Positions 41,319-51,406 of a stretch of DNA of 64,000 bases are shown piece after piece. The translations under genes and the position numbers were made by a program. This DNA comes from a virus (Duplodnaviria > Heunggongvirae > Uroviricota > Caudoviricetes): the IMG/VR virus record IMGVR_UViG_3300031088_000799. One strand, given 5' to 3'. Under the pieces are notes generated by a model. The model saw nothing but the letters and a program-made list of their open reading frames with translations. It was not told where the DNA came from and made no database searches. The first letter of the stretch is position 1. Every line of letters starts with the position of its first letter.

Positions 41319-41372
41319 CAATTATCTATTGACTTTTTTGAGCCTTCTACAATAATAATGTAGGAGGTTTAA

Positions 41373-41930
41373 ATGTCAAACTATAACATTAATCAAAAAT
41401 TTATAAAAATATTAGAAAATAAATACAAAATAAAGTATAGTGTTTTCATTAAGCTCTTAGAAGTATATAATCCTGATGAATTCATCAAACTTTATATTTA
41501 TCCGCAAATTGCAAAACAAGAAGAATCTTTAATGATAGATTTAAGTCCTCTATTTTATTTTGTCGATGACGATTTCAATAGTATATATTTAAACGAATCA
41601 AAGTTTAAATTAGAATCATACAAAATTAAAAAACTTTTAGAAACCTTTAAAAAACTATATAAAGATGACACCTTTAATATTAAAATAACATGTATAATTG
41701 AACCAGCTTCTGGTGTATTTAAATCATTTAAAGAAGATAAAATATACAATTATATAGAACTAAAAAGTATTACTAAACCATTTGGTTCTGAGTACTTTAA
41801 AGATATTTATAAAATATTATTGAAATCGTTTGATGAATTAGAAATAGATTGCTCAAAAGAGTACATCAAATCATTAAACAAAAAAGAATTTGATGATCTA
41901 ATGAGCTTATTTGATATGATGACTATTTAG
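41373..41930 (+). CDS. hypothetical protein, C-terminal tag family (..LFDMMTI)
   Basis: AGGAGG SD; shared motif. Confidence 0.75.
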   Translation: MSNYNINQKFIKILENKYKIKYSVFIKLLEVYNPDEFIKLYIYPQIAKQEESLMIDLSPLFYFVDDDFNSIYLNESKFKLESYKIKKLLETFKKLYKDDTFNIKITCIIEPASGVFKSFKEDKIYNYIELKSITKPFGSEYFKDIYKILLKSFDELEIDCSKEYIKSLNKKEFDDLMSLFDMMTI

Positions 41931-42481
41931 TCAACAACAATGCCCTCAATATCAATACCATAAGAAGGTAAATCTTTAAGTTCAATTGTTCCATCCTCAA
42001 CAATTGCAACTAGGCAATCCCAAGCTCTTACACCTTCTGCTCTTGTTTCAAATGAATCAACATACTCATCTTTTTGAGTATAAATTTGTTCAACAATTTT
42101 ACGACCTTTTTGCTTTTTGATGTAAGTAGCCAACTCTTTGTTAAGTTCGCTTAATAGAGTATTATGCTCCACGTAAAAGTGTTCAGACTCTTTAATAATA
42201 CGATTGTTAATTTCAATCATTGTTTTAGCTAAATCAACTTTTTTTGATTCTTTAATCATGTAAGACCGATAATCTTTAAACACACGCTTATACATTTCAG
42301 CTAAAGCATTAATATCAGCTTTAGTGGTTTTATCGTAAACAAGGTAACGAGTAGCAATCATCAAATTCATTGATTTCAAATTAGCAATAAGAACTTGAAG
42401 TCTCTCGTCTTCTTGTTGATAAAACGCGATGCGTTCAACTGGATTATTAAGACGATTAATCATTTTCAAAAAATATGACAT
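41927..42481 (-). CDS. hypothetical coiled-coil protein
   Basis: 184-aa ORF, AGGAG SD. Confidence 0.75.
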   Translation of the reverse strand: MSYFLKMINRLNNPVERIAFYQQEDERLQVLIANLKSMNLMIATRYLVYDKTTKADINALAEMYKRVFKDYRSYMIKESKKVDLAKTMIEINNRIIKESEHFYVEHNTLLSELNKELATYIKKQKGRKIVEQIYTQKDEYVDSFETRAEGVRAWDCLVAIVEDGTIELKDLPSYGIDIEGIVVD

Positions 42482-42603
42482 TCAATTTTCTCCTACCATG
42501 ATAGGGGATTATTATAGCATAATTTTTTCAAAAATAAAAGTAAACATTGACTTTTTGTATAAAAAATCTACAATAATATAAACATAAAAAAGGGTTTTAT
42601 ATA

Positions 42604-43443
42604 ATGAAGAAAATACTACTAGCTGCCTGTATAGCCTTATCTACAAGCAGTGTTTTTGCTGCTAATGAAAAGATTACCGCTCTTTTAATGGAAACACAAA
42701 AGAATTTAGGTAATAAAGAATATGCTCTTCAATTAGGCCAATTCTTGAAAAATGATAAAGAAAAACAATTGATTGTTAGAGAAGCACTTCGTCATACTGC
42801 AGTAGTCAATACTGACCATAGAGATGAAGCATTAAATATGTTATTCGATTCTGGATTAATTGATCAGCGTGAAAGAAATCAAATAGCTGAACAAGCCAAG
42901 AGTTATAATGATATTGTATTTGCATTTAAACAAAATGTTTCCAAAATTGATGTAGAAATGTCTTATACCACTTACCGATGTGATGGTGTAGAGCAAAGGC
43001 TCACAGATATGAACGCCATTGTGCCATTCAAGCGTCAATTAAGAATTACAGACGTTAGTGCATATCAAGACTTTTTACAGTTCTATAACTCACCCAATAT
43101 AGTGATTACGACAATTCCATCTGCTAACAAAGTGGTTGAATATGTTAGAGAACAAAGTCGAGTGAAGATGATAAACCTTGAAGAGAAAATTATTCAAAAT
43201 AATGCTACTGCAGTTTCAATGTATGTGAAAGTCGCTAATGGAGATAAAACCTATTTAATGTTCCCATATAAAATGTTTCCATATCCAGCCACAAATTTAT
43301 CTGATTTAACCATGATGGAATATGCTTATTTTGCCTTAAATTTAAAGTTAGTGAACAGGTTAACACCTGAGATTTATCAAACATTTAACAAAATATACAG
43401 AAGAAACGCTGCTTTCTGTTTATATGCTCAACCAAGGAGATAA
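42604..43443 (+). CDS. secreted hypothetical protein
   Basis: Signal peptide MKKILLAACIALSTSSVFA. Confidence 0.75.
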   Translation: MKKILLAACIALSTSSVFAANEKITALLMETQKNLGNKEYALQLGQFLKNDKEKQLIVREALRHTAVVNTDHRDEALNMLFDSGLIDQRERNQIAEQAKSYNDIVFAFKQNVSKIDVEMSYTTYRCDGVEQRLTDMNAIVPFKRQLRITDVSAYQDFLQFYNSPNIVITTIPSANKVVEYVREQSRVKMINLEEKIIQNNATAVSMYVKVANGDKTYLMFPYKMFPYPATNLSDLTMMEYAYFALNLKLVNRLTPEIYQTFNKIYRRNAAFCLYAQPRR

Positions 43444-43756
43444 TATGAATTTATTTAGTGGACCATTAAACATTACTGATTTTATTTCAAAAAATAATAA
43501 AGATACATCCATAGATAATTTAACAAAAACGGCTGAAAGTGCTTTAGGTTGGCTAATCGTAAACGGTGTAAGTCATCTCGATCTCTCAGGATTAATACCA
43601 GAAGATATTAATTGTGAACATCTTGCTTTAATTTTAAGAATGACATCAACATTTAAAGATAGTATTATTGGTTGGGATGATGCTATCACAGTTGCACAGA
43701 CTGCTGCAACATTGAGTAATTTAGATCCTACTGATATTTTGTTTGGCTTGATTTAA
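43424..43756 (+). CDS. hypothetical protein
   Basis: Probable start MNLFSG after AGGAG SD. Confidence 0.65.
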   Translation: MLNQGDNMNLFSGPLNITDFISKNNKDTSIDNLTKTAESALGWLIVNGVSHLDLSGLIPEDINCEHLALILRMTSTFKDSIIGWDDAITVAQTAATLSNLDPTDILFGLI

Positions 43757-43770
43757 CAAATTGATGATAC

Positions 43771-43800
43771 AAAAAAACCAACATCACTGTTGGTTTTTTT
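43771..43800. terminator. bidirectional intrinsic terminator
   Basis: A7-CCAACA-TCAC-TGTTGG-T7. Confidence 0.8.
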
Positions 43801-43812
43801 ATTGCCTTCTAT

Positions 43813-44346
43813 TTATTCTTTTTTTGCTGGCTGATTTTTCACTGTAACAGGAATAACTTTTGTTTCCTTTTTAACGGCTGGTTTTCCTGATTTAGTCATT
43901 GGTTTCTTTTTAGGGAAAACTGGCTTTTTCACTTCATCCGTTTCAAATTTAGCAAAATCAGAACGATCCTTCTTAACAATAACTTCCAGAATACGTTTGA
44001 TTTTCCACGCATTCATTTCAACTACTGGACCACCACCTGTATAAAACTTAAACGCACGAGATAGCTTCCAGCCTTCACGGAATAATTCAACAATGTTTTG
44101 AATCAGAGTCACTTGTTTAGTTTTAACAAGGTTATCCAACAAAGCTTTGCTGATGTTATTGTTTTCAGCTTCACGAACACCCCACAACAGCTTATCAAGA
44201 ACTTGAACTTGAGTGTAAGATGTCAAAAAACCTTCTTGAATTAGTTTTTTACGCATAGATTGAACGGATTCACAAAGAGATTTATCCGCACTAGCAATTA
44301 AGTTGGCCTTTTCTTGTTCTGTAAGCGACTTCTTAACATCTTTCAT
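43813..44346 (-). CDS. hypothetical protein with Lys/Pro-rich C-tail
   Basis: 177-aa ORF, AGGAG SD. Confidence 0.75.
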   Translation of the reverse strand: MKDVKKSLTEQEKANLIASADKSLCESVQSMRKKLIQEGFLTSYTQVQVLDKLLWGVREAENNNISKALLDNLVKTKQVTLIQNIVELFREGWKLSRAFKFYTGGGPVVEMNAWKIKRILEVIVKKDRSDFAKFETDEVKKPVFPKKKPMTKSGKPAVKKETKVIPVTVKNQPAKKE

Positions 44347-44431
44347 AATTTTTCTCCTAAAAAAAGATTTGCTACTCTAATATAACACTTAGAGTAGTAT
44401 ATCAAATCTAGGATAGGTTTGCAAACCTTAT

Positions 44432-45097
44432 TTAACGCTGACCAGAAACTATCTTATTAATTTCTTTAAAGACTTCACTGGCTAAAACGTGATACGACAT
44501 CTCAGTAATTTCGACACTATTGCGACGGCTTTCAGGCGTCATACCTCTAAACAATGAACCTGATAAAAACATTACAAAGGAGAAGAAATCACATGGATAT
44601 TTTGATTTATTAACATCTGGTAATCTTACATATACTTTTTTAGGGTAAGCTTTATTATTTACATAATCGGGGTTATCTTCCATTCTAAAATTAACAATCT
44701 TTTCATTTAATTTAATTGGATGATTAATAATTTCAAATAATTGATGATTATTGACATTAGAAAGATGACCAGATTTAAACTTCACAGTAACATTATGCTT
44801 TTTATCCATTGAAATACCTTCGTCTTCGACCATGTAGGTGTTAAAGAGAATTTTTTTAGTGGTATCAACCTGTTCGTAAGCCCCCTTTTCTGCAGTCTTA
44901 TTATAAAAATCTAAATAAAGTGGAAGATATGTTTCCAGTTTAAGTAAGTTAGGATAAAGATTTAACATCTTAAAGAAAGAATCAAGAGTAAAATCTTCAT
45001 CTAACACCAATTTTTCACTTAACATCGTTAATACTGAGCTATTTGGAACTGATTTATCTTTAAAATGGATATAGCCATTTTTAGTTATCTTAATCAT
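44432..45097 (-). CDS. hypothetical protein (paralog trio 3/3)
   Basis: MIKITKNG.I...EDFTLDSFFKMLNLYP. Confidence 0.75.
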   Translation of the reverse strand: MIKITKNGYIHFKDKSVPNSSVLTMLSEKLVLDEDFTLDSFFKMLNLYPNLLKLETYLPLYLDFYNKTAEKGAYEQVDTTKKILFNTYMVEDEGISMDKKHNVTVKFKSGHLSNVNNHQLFEIINHPIKLNEKIVNFRMEDNPDYVNNKAYPKKVYVRLPDVNKSKYPCDFFSFVMFLSGSLFRGMTPESRRNSVEITEMSYHVLASEVFKEINKIVSGQR

Positions 45098-45771
45098 GAC
45101 TTACCACCAGACTTAATTTGATTCAGCAATTTTGCTGCTAATTCACTGGCCTCGGATTCAAGATGATCTTGCATTTCTTTTTCATCCCGTTCAATTTCCT
45201 CAATAACTGTATTGCGTTCTTCAACATAACCATGTAACGAAATGGTATTAAAAACGAAGTGAACAAAATTAAGTAAATGGAACTGTGTATCTGGGAAGTA
45301 TTCTAAATAAAGTGAATCACTGGTGCCGTTTTCATCAATACTGTCAACAAATGCAAGGCTGTTGATGCCAAGTCGATAATTAATATAATCTTTCAAATAC
45401 ATGGAACTAATATCATCTTTACAGAATGACTCTGCATTATTGTAATAATATACTTCCATTTTATTAAATTGAGTAATAACACCATCTTTCAAAACAAAAT
45501 GTGGAGTAATAACGGCAATCTTATCAGTGTCTTTACCTATCGATTTGTCAATGCCATCATATTCTTCTATATACGAAGCTCCTTGCTGGAAAAAATTCAA
45601 AAATAAAGGGTATTGCTTAATCATTTCAAAAAATGAAACAACTGAATAATCTTCTTCTATCTCAAAATTTTGGAAAATACTGTTATAGAGATCTTCGTTT
45701 TCAAGTAATACTGACTTTCCATCAAGTTCTGAAACCGTAAAAATTTGACCTTCTTTGCTTAATCTTAACAT
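45094..45771 (-). CDS. hypothetical protein (paralog trio 2/3)
   Basis: MLRLSKEG.I...EDYSVVSFFEMIKQYP. Confidence 0.75.
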   Translation of the reverse strand: MLRLSKEGQIFTVSELDGKSVLLENEDLYNSIFQNFEIEEDYSVVSFFEMIKQYPLFLNFFQQGASYIEEYDGIDKSIGKDTDKIAVITPHFVLKDGVITQFNKMEVYYYNNAESFCKDDISSMYLKDYINYRLGINSLAFVDSIDENGTSDSLYLEYFPDTQFHLLNFVHFVFNTISLHGYVEERNTVIEEIERDEKEMQDHLESEASELAAKLLNQIKSGGKS

Positions 45772-45780
45772 AAAAACTCC

Positions 45781-46542
45781 TTATTGTTTTCCCTTGTCTT
45801 TATCTTTACCTGAATTCAACATATCTTCAATTTGCTTCAATATGTTATTGGTATTTTCTTTTACATCCTCTTCATCCACTTTACGCTCACTTTCAAAGTT
45901 TGGCAAGCCTAATCTTTGGTTCACAATGTTACGCATTTTGAACAATTTATCTTTAATTTCATTAAAGCTATCCTCGACACCTTCATTCTCGGAATTCTGA
46001 ACAAGTGTATTGCCAACAACAGCGATAAAGTCAAATAAAGTAAAGTTTTTAACACTAAAAGGAATATGACCTTTGTATGAATTATTATCACCTAACTCAA
46101 ATGAAAGAGCTAAGCTATCTAGAATTTTAATTTTTGAATTAATAACATGTTTTAAAGATAATGCACAAGCTTGCACATTGAGGGAGAAATTTTCTTGTAA
46201 CTTGGTAACACCAATAAGGTTAAAATACATGATAGAGTTTTCTTCTTCTTCACGAGCAATAATATCAGAGCCAATTTGCATACAAAGAGCATCAACATCA
46301 GATCCAGTGTATCGTTCATAGTTTTTTGACTGCGTTATCACTTCTTCAAACTCTGGAATAATTAGCATCAGTGATGGATAAACTTCAAACATGCGAATAA
46401 AATCACGAACACCAAAGTTTGGTTCAATACCAGAAATACAATTTCGTAAAAAACTCAAAACTTCCTTATCTTCAATTTTATACTTTTCTCCTGTCTGCTC
46501 ATCATGTACATGTAGGACGCCATATTTGTCAATTAAAATCAT
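45781..46542 (-). CDS. hypothetical protein (paralog trio 1/3)
   Basis: MILIDKYG.L...PNFGVRDFIRMFEVYP. Confidence 0.75.
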   Translation of the reverse strand: MILIDKYGVLHVHDEQTGEKYKIEDKEVLSFLRNCISGIEPNFGVRDFIRMFEVYPSLMLIIPEFEEVITQSKNYERYTGSDVDALCMQIGSDIIAREEEENSIMYFNLIGVTKLQENFSLNVQACALSLKHVINSKIKILDSLALSFELGDNNSYKGHIPFSVKNFTLFDFIAVVGNTLVQNSENEGVEDSFNEIKDKLFKMRNIVNQRLGLPNFESERKVDEEDVKENTNNILKQIEDMLNSGKDKDKGKQ

Positions 46543-46646
46543 AATTCACCTTTAATATAAATTTATGAAATTATATACATATATAACAAAAAAATCAACT
46601 TATTTTTGACGGAATGCTATCCCAATCATGTATATATAAGATATTA

Positions 46647-47345
46647 CTAGATCTTTTCCATCGCAATCAAATTATTATACATTTCAAAATTATCACTATA
46701 CTTCAAAAGCAAATCTTTAAAATCATCAGCAATAATGAGATTGTTAATATTCGTATATTTCGTCAATAAATATAAATTTCTTAAATGTTTTACGTTCGAA
46801 ACATCAATATTTCTAGATTTTAAAAATGTCTCATCACCCCATTCATAAATTCTATGAGTTACTTCATGACTTAATCCATTACTTTTGTAGATTCTCGCTA
46901 TTACTTCTATAGGTTCATAATCTTCACTAAATGCAAACATAATATGAGAAGGTTCGATATAATTAAGACAGAGAACTCTCGAAACTATAAATTGAAAATT
47001 CTGATACATATCTGCTGGGAAAAAATTGTCTTTGTTAAATATTTCAAGACTTAAAGGAGCAATATAGATACTAAAAAATACATCAATCTCATTAGTCTCA
47101 TGATTTCGTTTATGAGCTTTTAATTCTATCTCAACTGTTGTTTCTTTAACTAAGTCAACAGCAGAAAACTCCAAAACGACAGTGTTTTCATTACAAGATT
47201 CTCTTTTGTTTTCAATATCGATTTTAACACGAGAAGTAAATAGCGGCCACTTTATTAAAAAATTTTGAAAATGTTGATTTAATATCAAAAAAATTGCTTG
47301 ATTGTTATCTTTCAATACAGTTGATTTTCTTTCTTCATTCGTCAT
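46647..47345 (-). CDS. hypothetical protein, C-terminal tag family (..LIAMEKI); paralog of 47346..48068
   Basis: Shared RN...L..YTNI...I..D.F and C-terminus. Confidence 0.8.
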   Translation of the reverse strand: MTNEERKSTVLKDNNQAIFLILNQHFQNFLIKWPLFTSRVKIDIENKRESCNENTVVLEFSAVDLVKETTVEIELKAHKRNHETNEIDVFFSIYIAPLSLEIFNKDNFFPADMYQNFQFIVSRVLCLNYIEPSHIMFAFSEDYEPIEVIARIYKSNGLSHEVTHRIYEWGDETFLKSRNIDVSNVKHLRNLYLLTKYTNINNLIIADDFKDLLLKYSDNFEMYNNLIAMEKI

Positions 47346-48068
47346 TTAAATTCTTTCCATTTTAAGTAATTCATGATAACGAACAACATCTGATGAATAA
47401 GAACGATATGCAGTTAAAAATATATCTTCACCAATAATTGATTTAATGTTTGTATAATCCCACAAAAATTTAAAATTACGATAATTGATAGTTCCTGTTC
47501 TAACTAATCTATTACTGCGTAATACATTATGATCGCTATAATGATAAATTAAATGATCTCCACGAGAAGCTACACCATCTTTCAAAATTGACATAGAAAT
47601 ATTGGCACTCATTAATTTCATTTTATGATTAAATAACAAGTTTAAACCAGAAGCACCAGCCAATTGAAGCTCATCTCCAATAGAAATACACATAATGTCT
47701 TTAAAAAAACTATGAAAATTGGAAATCAATGTTGTTGGGTCAAAATCATTTTGTTTAAAATTATGAATTCTTGAAGAATCGACATACATAGATATTGTAT
47801 AAGAGTGTTCCGAGTAAGGTTTAGTGCTTAAATCAGCCGCAATAATGATATTAAATTTCTTTAAAGTATCAACATTAACCCCAACGGTGATTAATTTATA
47901 ACAGGTTGCAGAAACCTGTGATGCACTACCTTCATTAAACAAAATTTTATCCCGTGTAAACGAAGGTTTCCATGCATTATAAAAATCAGCTAATAATTTA
48001 GACGCAGTTTGTTTAAAAATTTCAAATGTGCCATCAGTAGGATTAATAGCTTTCATTATAAACTCCAA
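47346..48068 (-). CDS. hypothetical protein, C-terminal tag family (..LLKMERI)
   Basis: Tandem paralog; probable start MKAINP. Confidence 0.8.
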   Translation of the reverse strand: MEFIMKAINPTDGTFEIFKQTASKLLADFYNAWKPSFTRDKILFNEGSASQVSATCYKLITVGVNVDTLKKFNIIIAADLSTKPYSEHSYTISMYVDSSRIHNFKQNDFDPTTLISNFHSFFKDIMCISIGDELQLAGASGLNLLFNHKMKLMSANISMSILKDGVASRGDHLIYHYSDHNVLRSNRLVRTGTINYRNFKFLWDYTNIKSIIGEDIFLTAYRSYSSDVVRYHELLKMERI

Positions 48069-48139
48069 AATAAAATAATTGCTCTATTATACAACAAGAG
48101 CTAAAAGTAAGCAATAAAAAAAGAGCCTAAGCTCTTTTT

Positions 48140-48400
48140 TTAGCGATAAAGATCGTTCATAAACTCTTTAAACACAACTTCATTTATTTCTTCTTTCAGC
48201 GTCTTATAACCATAAGCTTTGCGTGGATTCATGCAATAAATGCAACGTGAACTACCACAAGTTAAGGCTTTACGCTTTACAAATTTACCTGAAACAGTAG
48301 ATGAATTTAACATTTCATAACATTTGAGAATATTCATTTGTTTACGAACATGTTTTCTATCATTAAAGCGTCTTTCAGCACGTTTAGTACTCTTTTCCAT
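48140..48400 (-). CDS. small basic Cys-cluster protein (CG..RC..C.NPRK)
   Basis: 86 aa, Arg/Lys-rich, CGSSRCIYCMNPRK; AGGAG SD; terminator at 48116-48140. Confidence 0.75.
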   Translation of the reverse strand: MEKSTKRAERRFNDRKHVRKQMNILKCYEMLNSSTVSGKFVKRKALTCGSSRCIYCMNPRKAYGYKTLKEEINEVVFKEFMNDLYR

Positions 48401-48591
48401 AATACGTCTCCTAAATTGTTTAACGTCTAAAAAACATCTCGAAAGCAGTTAATTAGACGCTGATTATTTTAGAAGATAAAGTGTCATTTACTTTTTTCAT
48501 ATAATCACCTTTACTTTATTCAAATATCATAGCAAATTATCCATAAAAAAGCAAGAAGCTTCCATCAGGAAGCTTTTACTTTACCAACCTA

Positions 48592-50094
48592 TTAAGCCAT
48601 GAGACTACCAATGTTACTGTTATTTTCATCTGCTACTGGTGCCGTTGGACGTTGAACGAATTGCTCAAAGTAACTGATATGAGCATTGATCGCATCAAGC
48701 TTATCCTGAGCATGTTCTTCTTTGGTAGCCAACTTACCATTAATCAAGTCAACTACGTTATCTTGACCACGGACAGCATCTACAACAGCTTCTTGTGCCA
48801 CTTTCATTTCATCAAGGTAGAACAAGATGTTATGTTCACCAATCATCACAGTTGGAACATTACGCAGGCAGTCAAGCATACGCATAGTTTCTTTGTAGTA
48901 ATTTACATGAGAAACCATCCCCGGAATCGCAAGAATATCATCTTTATAATCAACAAATGCTTGCTCAATGATTTCTGCCATTTCTGGAATTTCCATACGA
49001 TAAACATTGTTGTTTTTAACCAGAGCCAAAGCCAACATCTTAGGGTCAATGTTATCTTTGTAAAGGTTAAACACATCCAAAGACATTTCGTCACGAAGAT
49101 CATGGAAACTTTCACGCACAAATTCATCAATAGTCGATTGCGGTTTACCTTTGAAATTGATGTTTTTAATCAAGACACCAAGGAAACGCTTGAAATCCAA
49201 ACCACGATAAGCTACTGAGAAAATTGCACGGCTCACAGCACTATCAAAATCACCACTTGGCGTATTCAACAGGTCTTTCGAACTCGCAAGAGCTTGAATA
49301 AAGCAAGCTTGTTTGTTCATTTCAATGCAGTAGCTAACCAAACTTTCATCACGGAACAGAACATCGGTATCAATATCTTTGTCGAAGATAAAGTCACGCA
49401 TACCCCAATCATCATCAACACGAATGAACTCAGCCAATTCATGGCGAACTTCCATTTCATCAAGAACAGATTTTTCAGGTTCTACAACAGTAATTTCAAC
49501 ATCACCAAAGAATTCCTTCAATGCACAATTCTCATTGTCATAGACAAAACCAAGACCCGACAATACAGTAATCATTTCACGGTAAGTGCCATTGAAGCCA
49601 TAAACCATGCCATCATTACTTTCAAGACCAGTGCCCATAGTGAAACTGTTCAAAAGTACTTTGCTACCTTTTTTATACAGGTCTTCACCTGAGAAAACAA
49701 CAACAACAGGGAATGATGCTGGTGAATCCAAGTTAGGATTGATTTTGTCTTCATAAATAGGTTTCAATTTTTGTGCTTCTTCAACTACTGCCAAGAAGTC
49801 TTCAACAGAACCGAATTTTTCAACGATTTCTACGTTGGTTTCCAGAGTGCCTGCCATATCGTTAGTTTCATGCATTTCAAGAATTGCATTGATACGCTCA
49901 AGAACCTCTTTATTCTCTTTCATTGCTGGATCAACAATTTCTTTTACAAAGGAGAATTGGAAAAGGGTTGGAATTGCCTTAAATCCACGGGAGAGAAAGT
50001 CTACTTCATTACGATGGAAAACGTAATAGTTTTTAGCCATTTCTTTTGCAGTTTCAACACAGATTTCTGGATATTGCACACGAGTAATAGTCAT
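48592..50094 (-). CDS. acidic hypothetical protein
   Basis: ORF 48592..50118; AGGAG SD before ATG 50094; higher GC than neighbours. Confidence 0.8.
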   Translation of the reverse strand: MTITRVQYPEICVETAKEMAKNYYVFHRNEVDFLSRGFKAIPTLFQFSFVKEIVDPAMKENKEVLERINAILEMHETNDMAGTLETNVEIVEKFGSVEDFLAVVEEAQKLKPIYEDKINPNLDSPASFPVVVVFSGEDLYKKGSKVLLNSFTMGTGLESNDGMVYGFNGTYREMITVLSGLGFVYDNENCALKEFFGDVEITVVEPEKSVLDEMEVRHELAEFIRVDDDWGMRDFIFDKDIDTDVLFRDESLVSYCIEMNKQACFIQALASSKDLLNTPSGDFDSAVSRAIFSVAYRGLDFKRFLGVLIKNINFKGKPQSTIDEFVRESFHDLRDEMSLDVFNLYKDNIDPKMLALALVKNNNVYRMEIPEMAEIIEQAFVDYKDDILAIPGMVSHVNYYKETMRMLDCLRNVPTVMIGEHNILFYLDEMKVAQEAVVDAVRGQDNVVDLINGKLATKEEHAQDKLDAINAHISYFEQFVQRPTAPVADENNSNIGSLMA

Positions 50095-50344
50095 TTGGTA
50101 GTTCTCCTGAATTTTCAAAGATTATATCAAAGTTTAGCATCCGACGCAACACTTTTTTTAAAAGGATTTGAATAATAAAGAAAAAAGGCCAGAATAATCT
50201 GACCTTTTATCTGTTAGCCGCTGCCTAACTACATATACTTGACTTTTACAGTCTGACCTATGCCGGTGCTTACGCGAATCCTACAGTTTCTATTTAAGAG
50301 CAAGCGGACATATAAACCAGCTCTATTAAAGCACGTTAATGCAT

Positions 50345-50872
50345 TTAATCCTTATTAATATCTAGATTACGGAAAACATCAAAAAGTTCAACATCACCGT
50401 CTAAATTAGTCAAAAAACTTCCATCTTCACCACTGACCATTTCAGAAGTAATGTAAAAGTGTTTAAAATAATGAAATGACTGTCCAAATGCATTATGTTG
50501 CTCCAAATATGCTTTTGAGTTTAATCCCATATTCGTCTCTAACAAAATAACCAAATCTTTGTCTTGTCCATGATAGACACACACAAAACCATTTTCACCT
50601 GCTTCTGCAATGATTTCCATTAACTGCTCATCAGCTAATTCATTGTAGAGATCTTCTGTTTTATTTTTATCCACATAAAAGATGAAAGCACCATGATCTT
50701 GTGGTCTAGAAAAAAAGTCATCTAAATCAAATTTACTGTATACGTTATTGATACTGTCATCAGAAATATTACCGAATGCAATAGAAATATCAGGAGCCTT
50801 CAAACAATGTACCAAACTACCAAGTCTAGGGTTTTGAATTTCGTGGTTCATATTAACTCTCCGCTTCGTCAA
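50345..50872 (-). CDS. hypothetical protein; paralog of 50853..51362
   Basis: LKAPDISIAFGNISD vs LKKPDVAIGFGNVSD. Confidence 0.75.
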   Translation of the reverse strand: MTKRRVNMNHEIQNPRLGSLVHCLKAPDISIAFGNISDDSINNVYSKFDLDDFFSRPQDHGAFIFYVDKNKTEDLYNELADEQLMEIIAEAGENGFVCVYHGQDKDLVILLETNMGLNSKAYLEQHNAFGQSFHYFKHFYITSEMVSGEDGSFLTNLDGDVELFDVFRNLDINKD

Positions 50873-51362
50873 TAGACAATTCTTTCAACACGTTAATAAT
50901 AGATGGATTATCTTTCAAATAATAACGTATCATTGAAGAACTATCGTTTAATAATTCTTTTGTTGGGTTAAAACGTGGAACAGACGTAAAACAATCTAAC
51001 AATTTATTCTGTAGTATCATGTCATCGCCAATCATAAACCCAGAAAGTTCAATCCAAATAACAAGATTTTGAAAGCCTATATTATAAATAAGAATAAAAG
51101 CATTATCTTCACAATCATCTAAATTATTGAGATAAGATTGATCCATTAAAAGAGATAAAATATTATCAGTTAACGAATGATGAATAAGTGCTATCTGCAC
51201 TTCTGGATCATAACTATTTTCAAGAAATTTATCTAATTTTTCTAATGTGTCAATATCAAAATTATTGGAATCAGATACATTACCGAAGCCAATAGCAACA
51301 TCTGGTTTCTTTAATAAACCTAGGAAATTGTTGATATTTAGATTTTTAATTATTTCCGCCAT
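50853..51362 (-). CDS. hypothetical protein; paralog of 50345..50872
   Basis: Shared N-terminal motif; GAGG SD. Confidence 0.75.
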   Translation of the reverse strand: MAEIIKNLNINNFLGLLKKPDVAIGFGNVSDSNNFDIDTLEKLDKFLENSYDPEVQIALIHHSLTDNILSLLMDQSYLNNLDDCEDNAFILIYNIGFQNLVIWIELSGFMIGDDMILQNKLLDCFTSVPRFNPTKELLNDSSSMIRYYLKDNPSIINVLKELSIDEAES

Positions 51363-51406
51363 GACAATATCCTCTAATTTAATTGTTTCATCGATAATTT
51401 TTTCAG

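Noticed and set aside
48652-50175. Several 130-190-aa plus-strand ORFs antisense to the 508-aa gene (similarly 14648..15085)
   Set aside because: Shadow ORFs produced by codon bias of the sense gene; no SD or protein-like features.
50181-50228. Forward-frame ..FYLLAAA* resembling a tmRNA tag
   Set aside because: No tRNA-like ends or T-arm nearby and no start codon; it overlaps a minus-strand hairpin and terminator.
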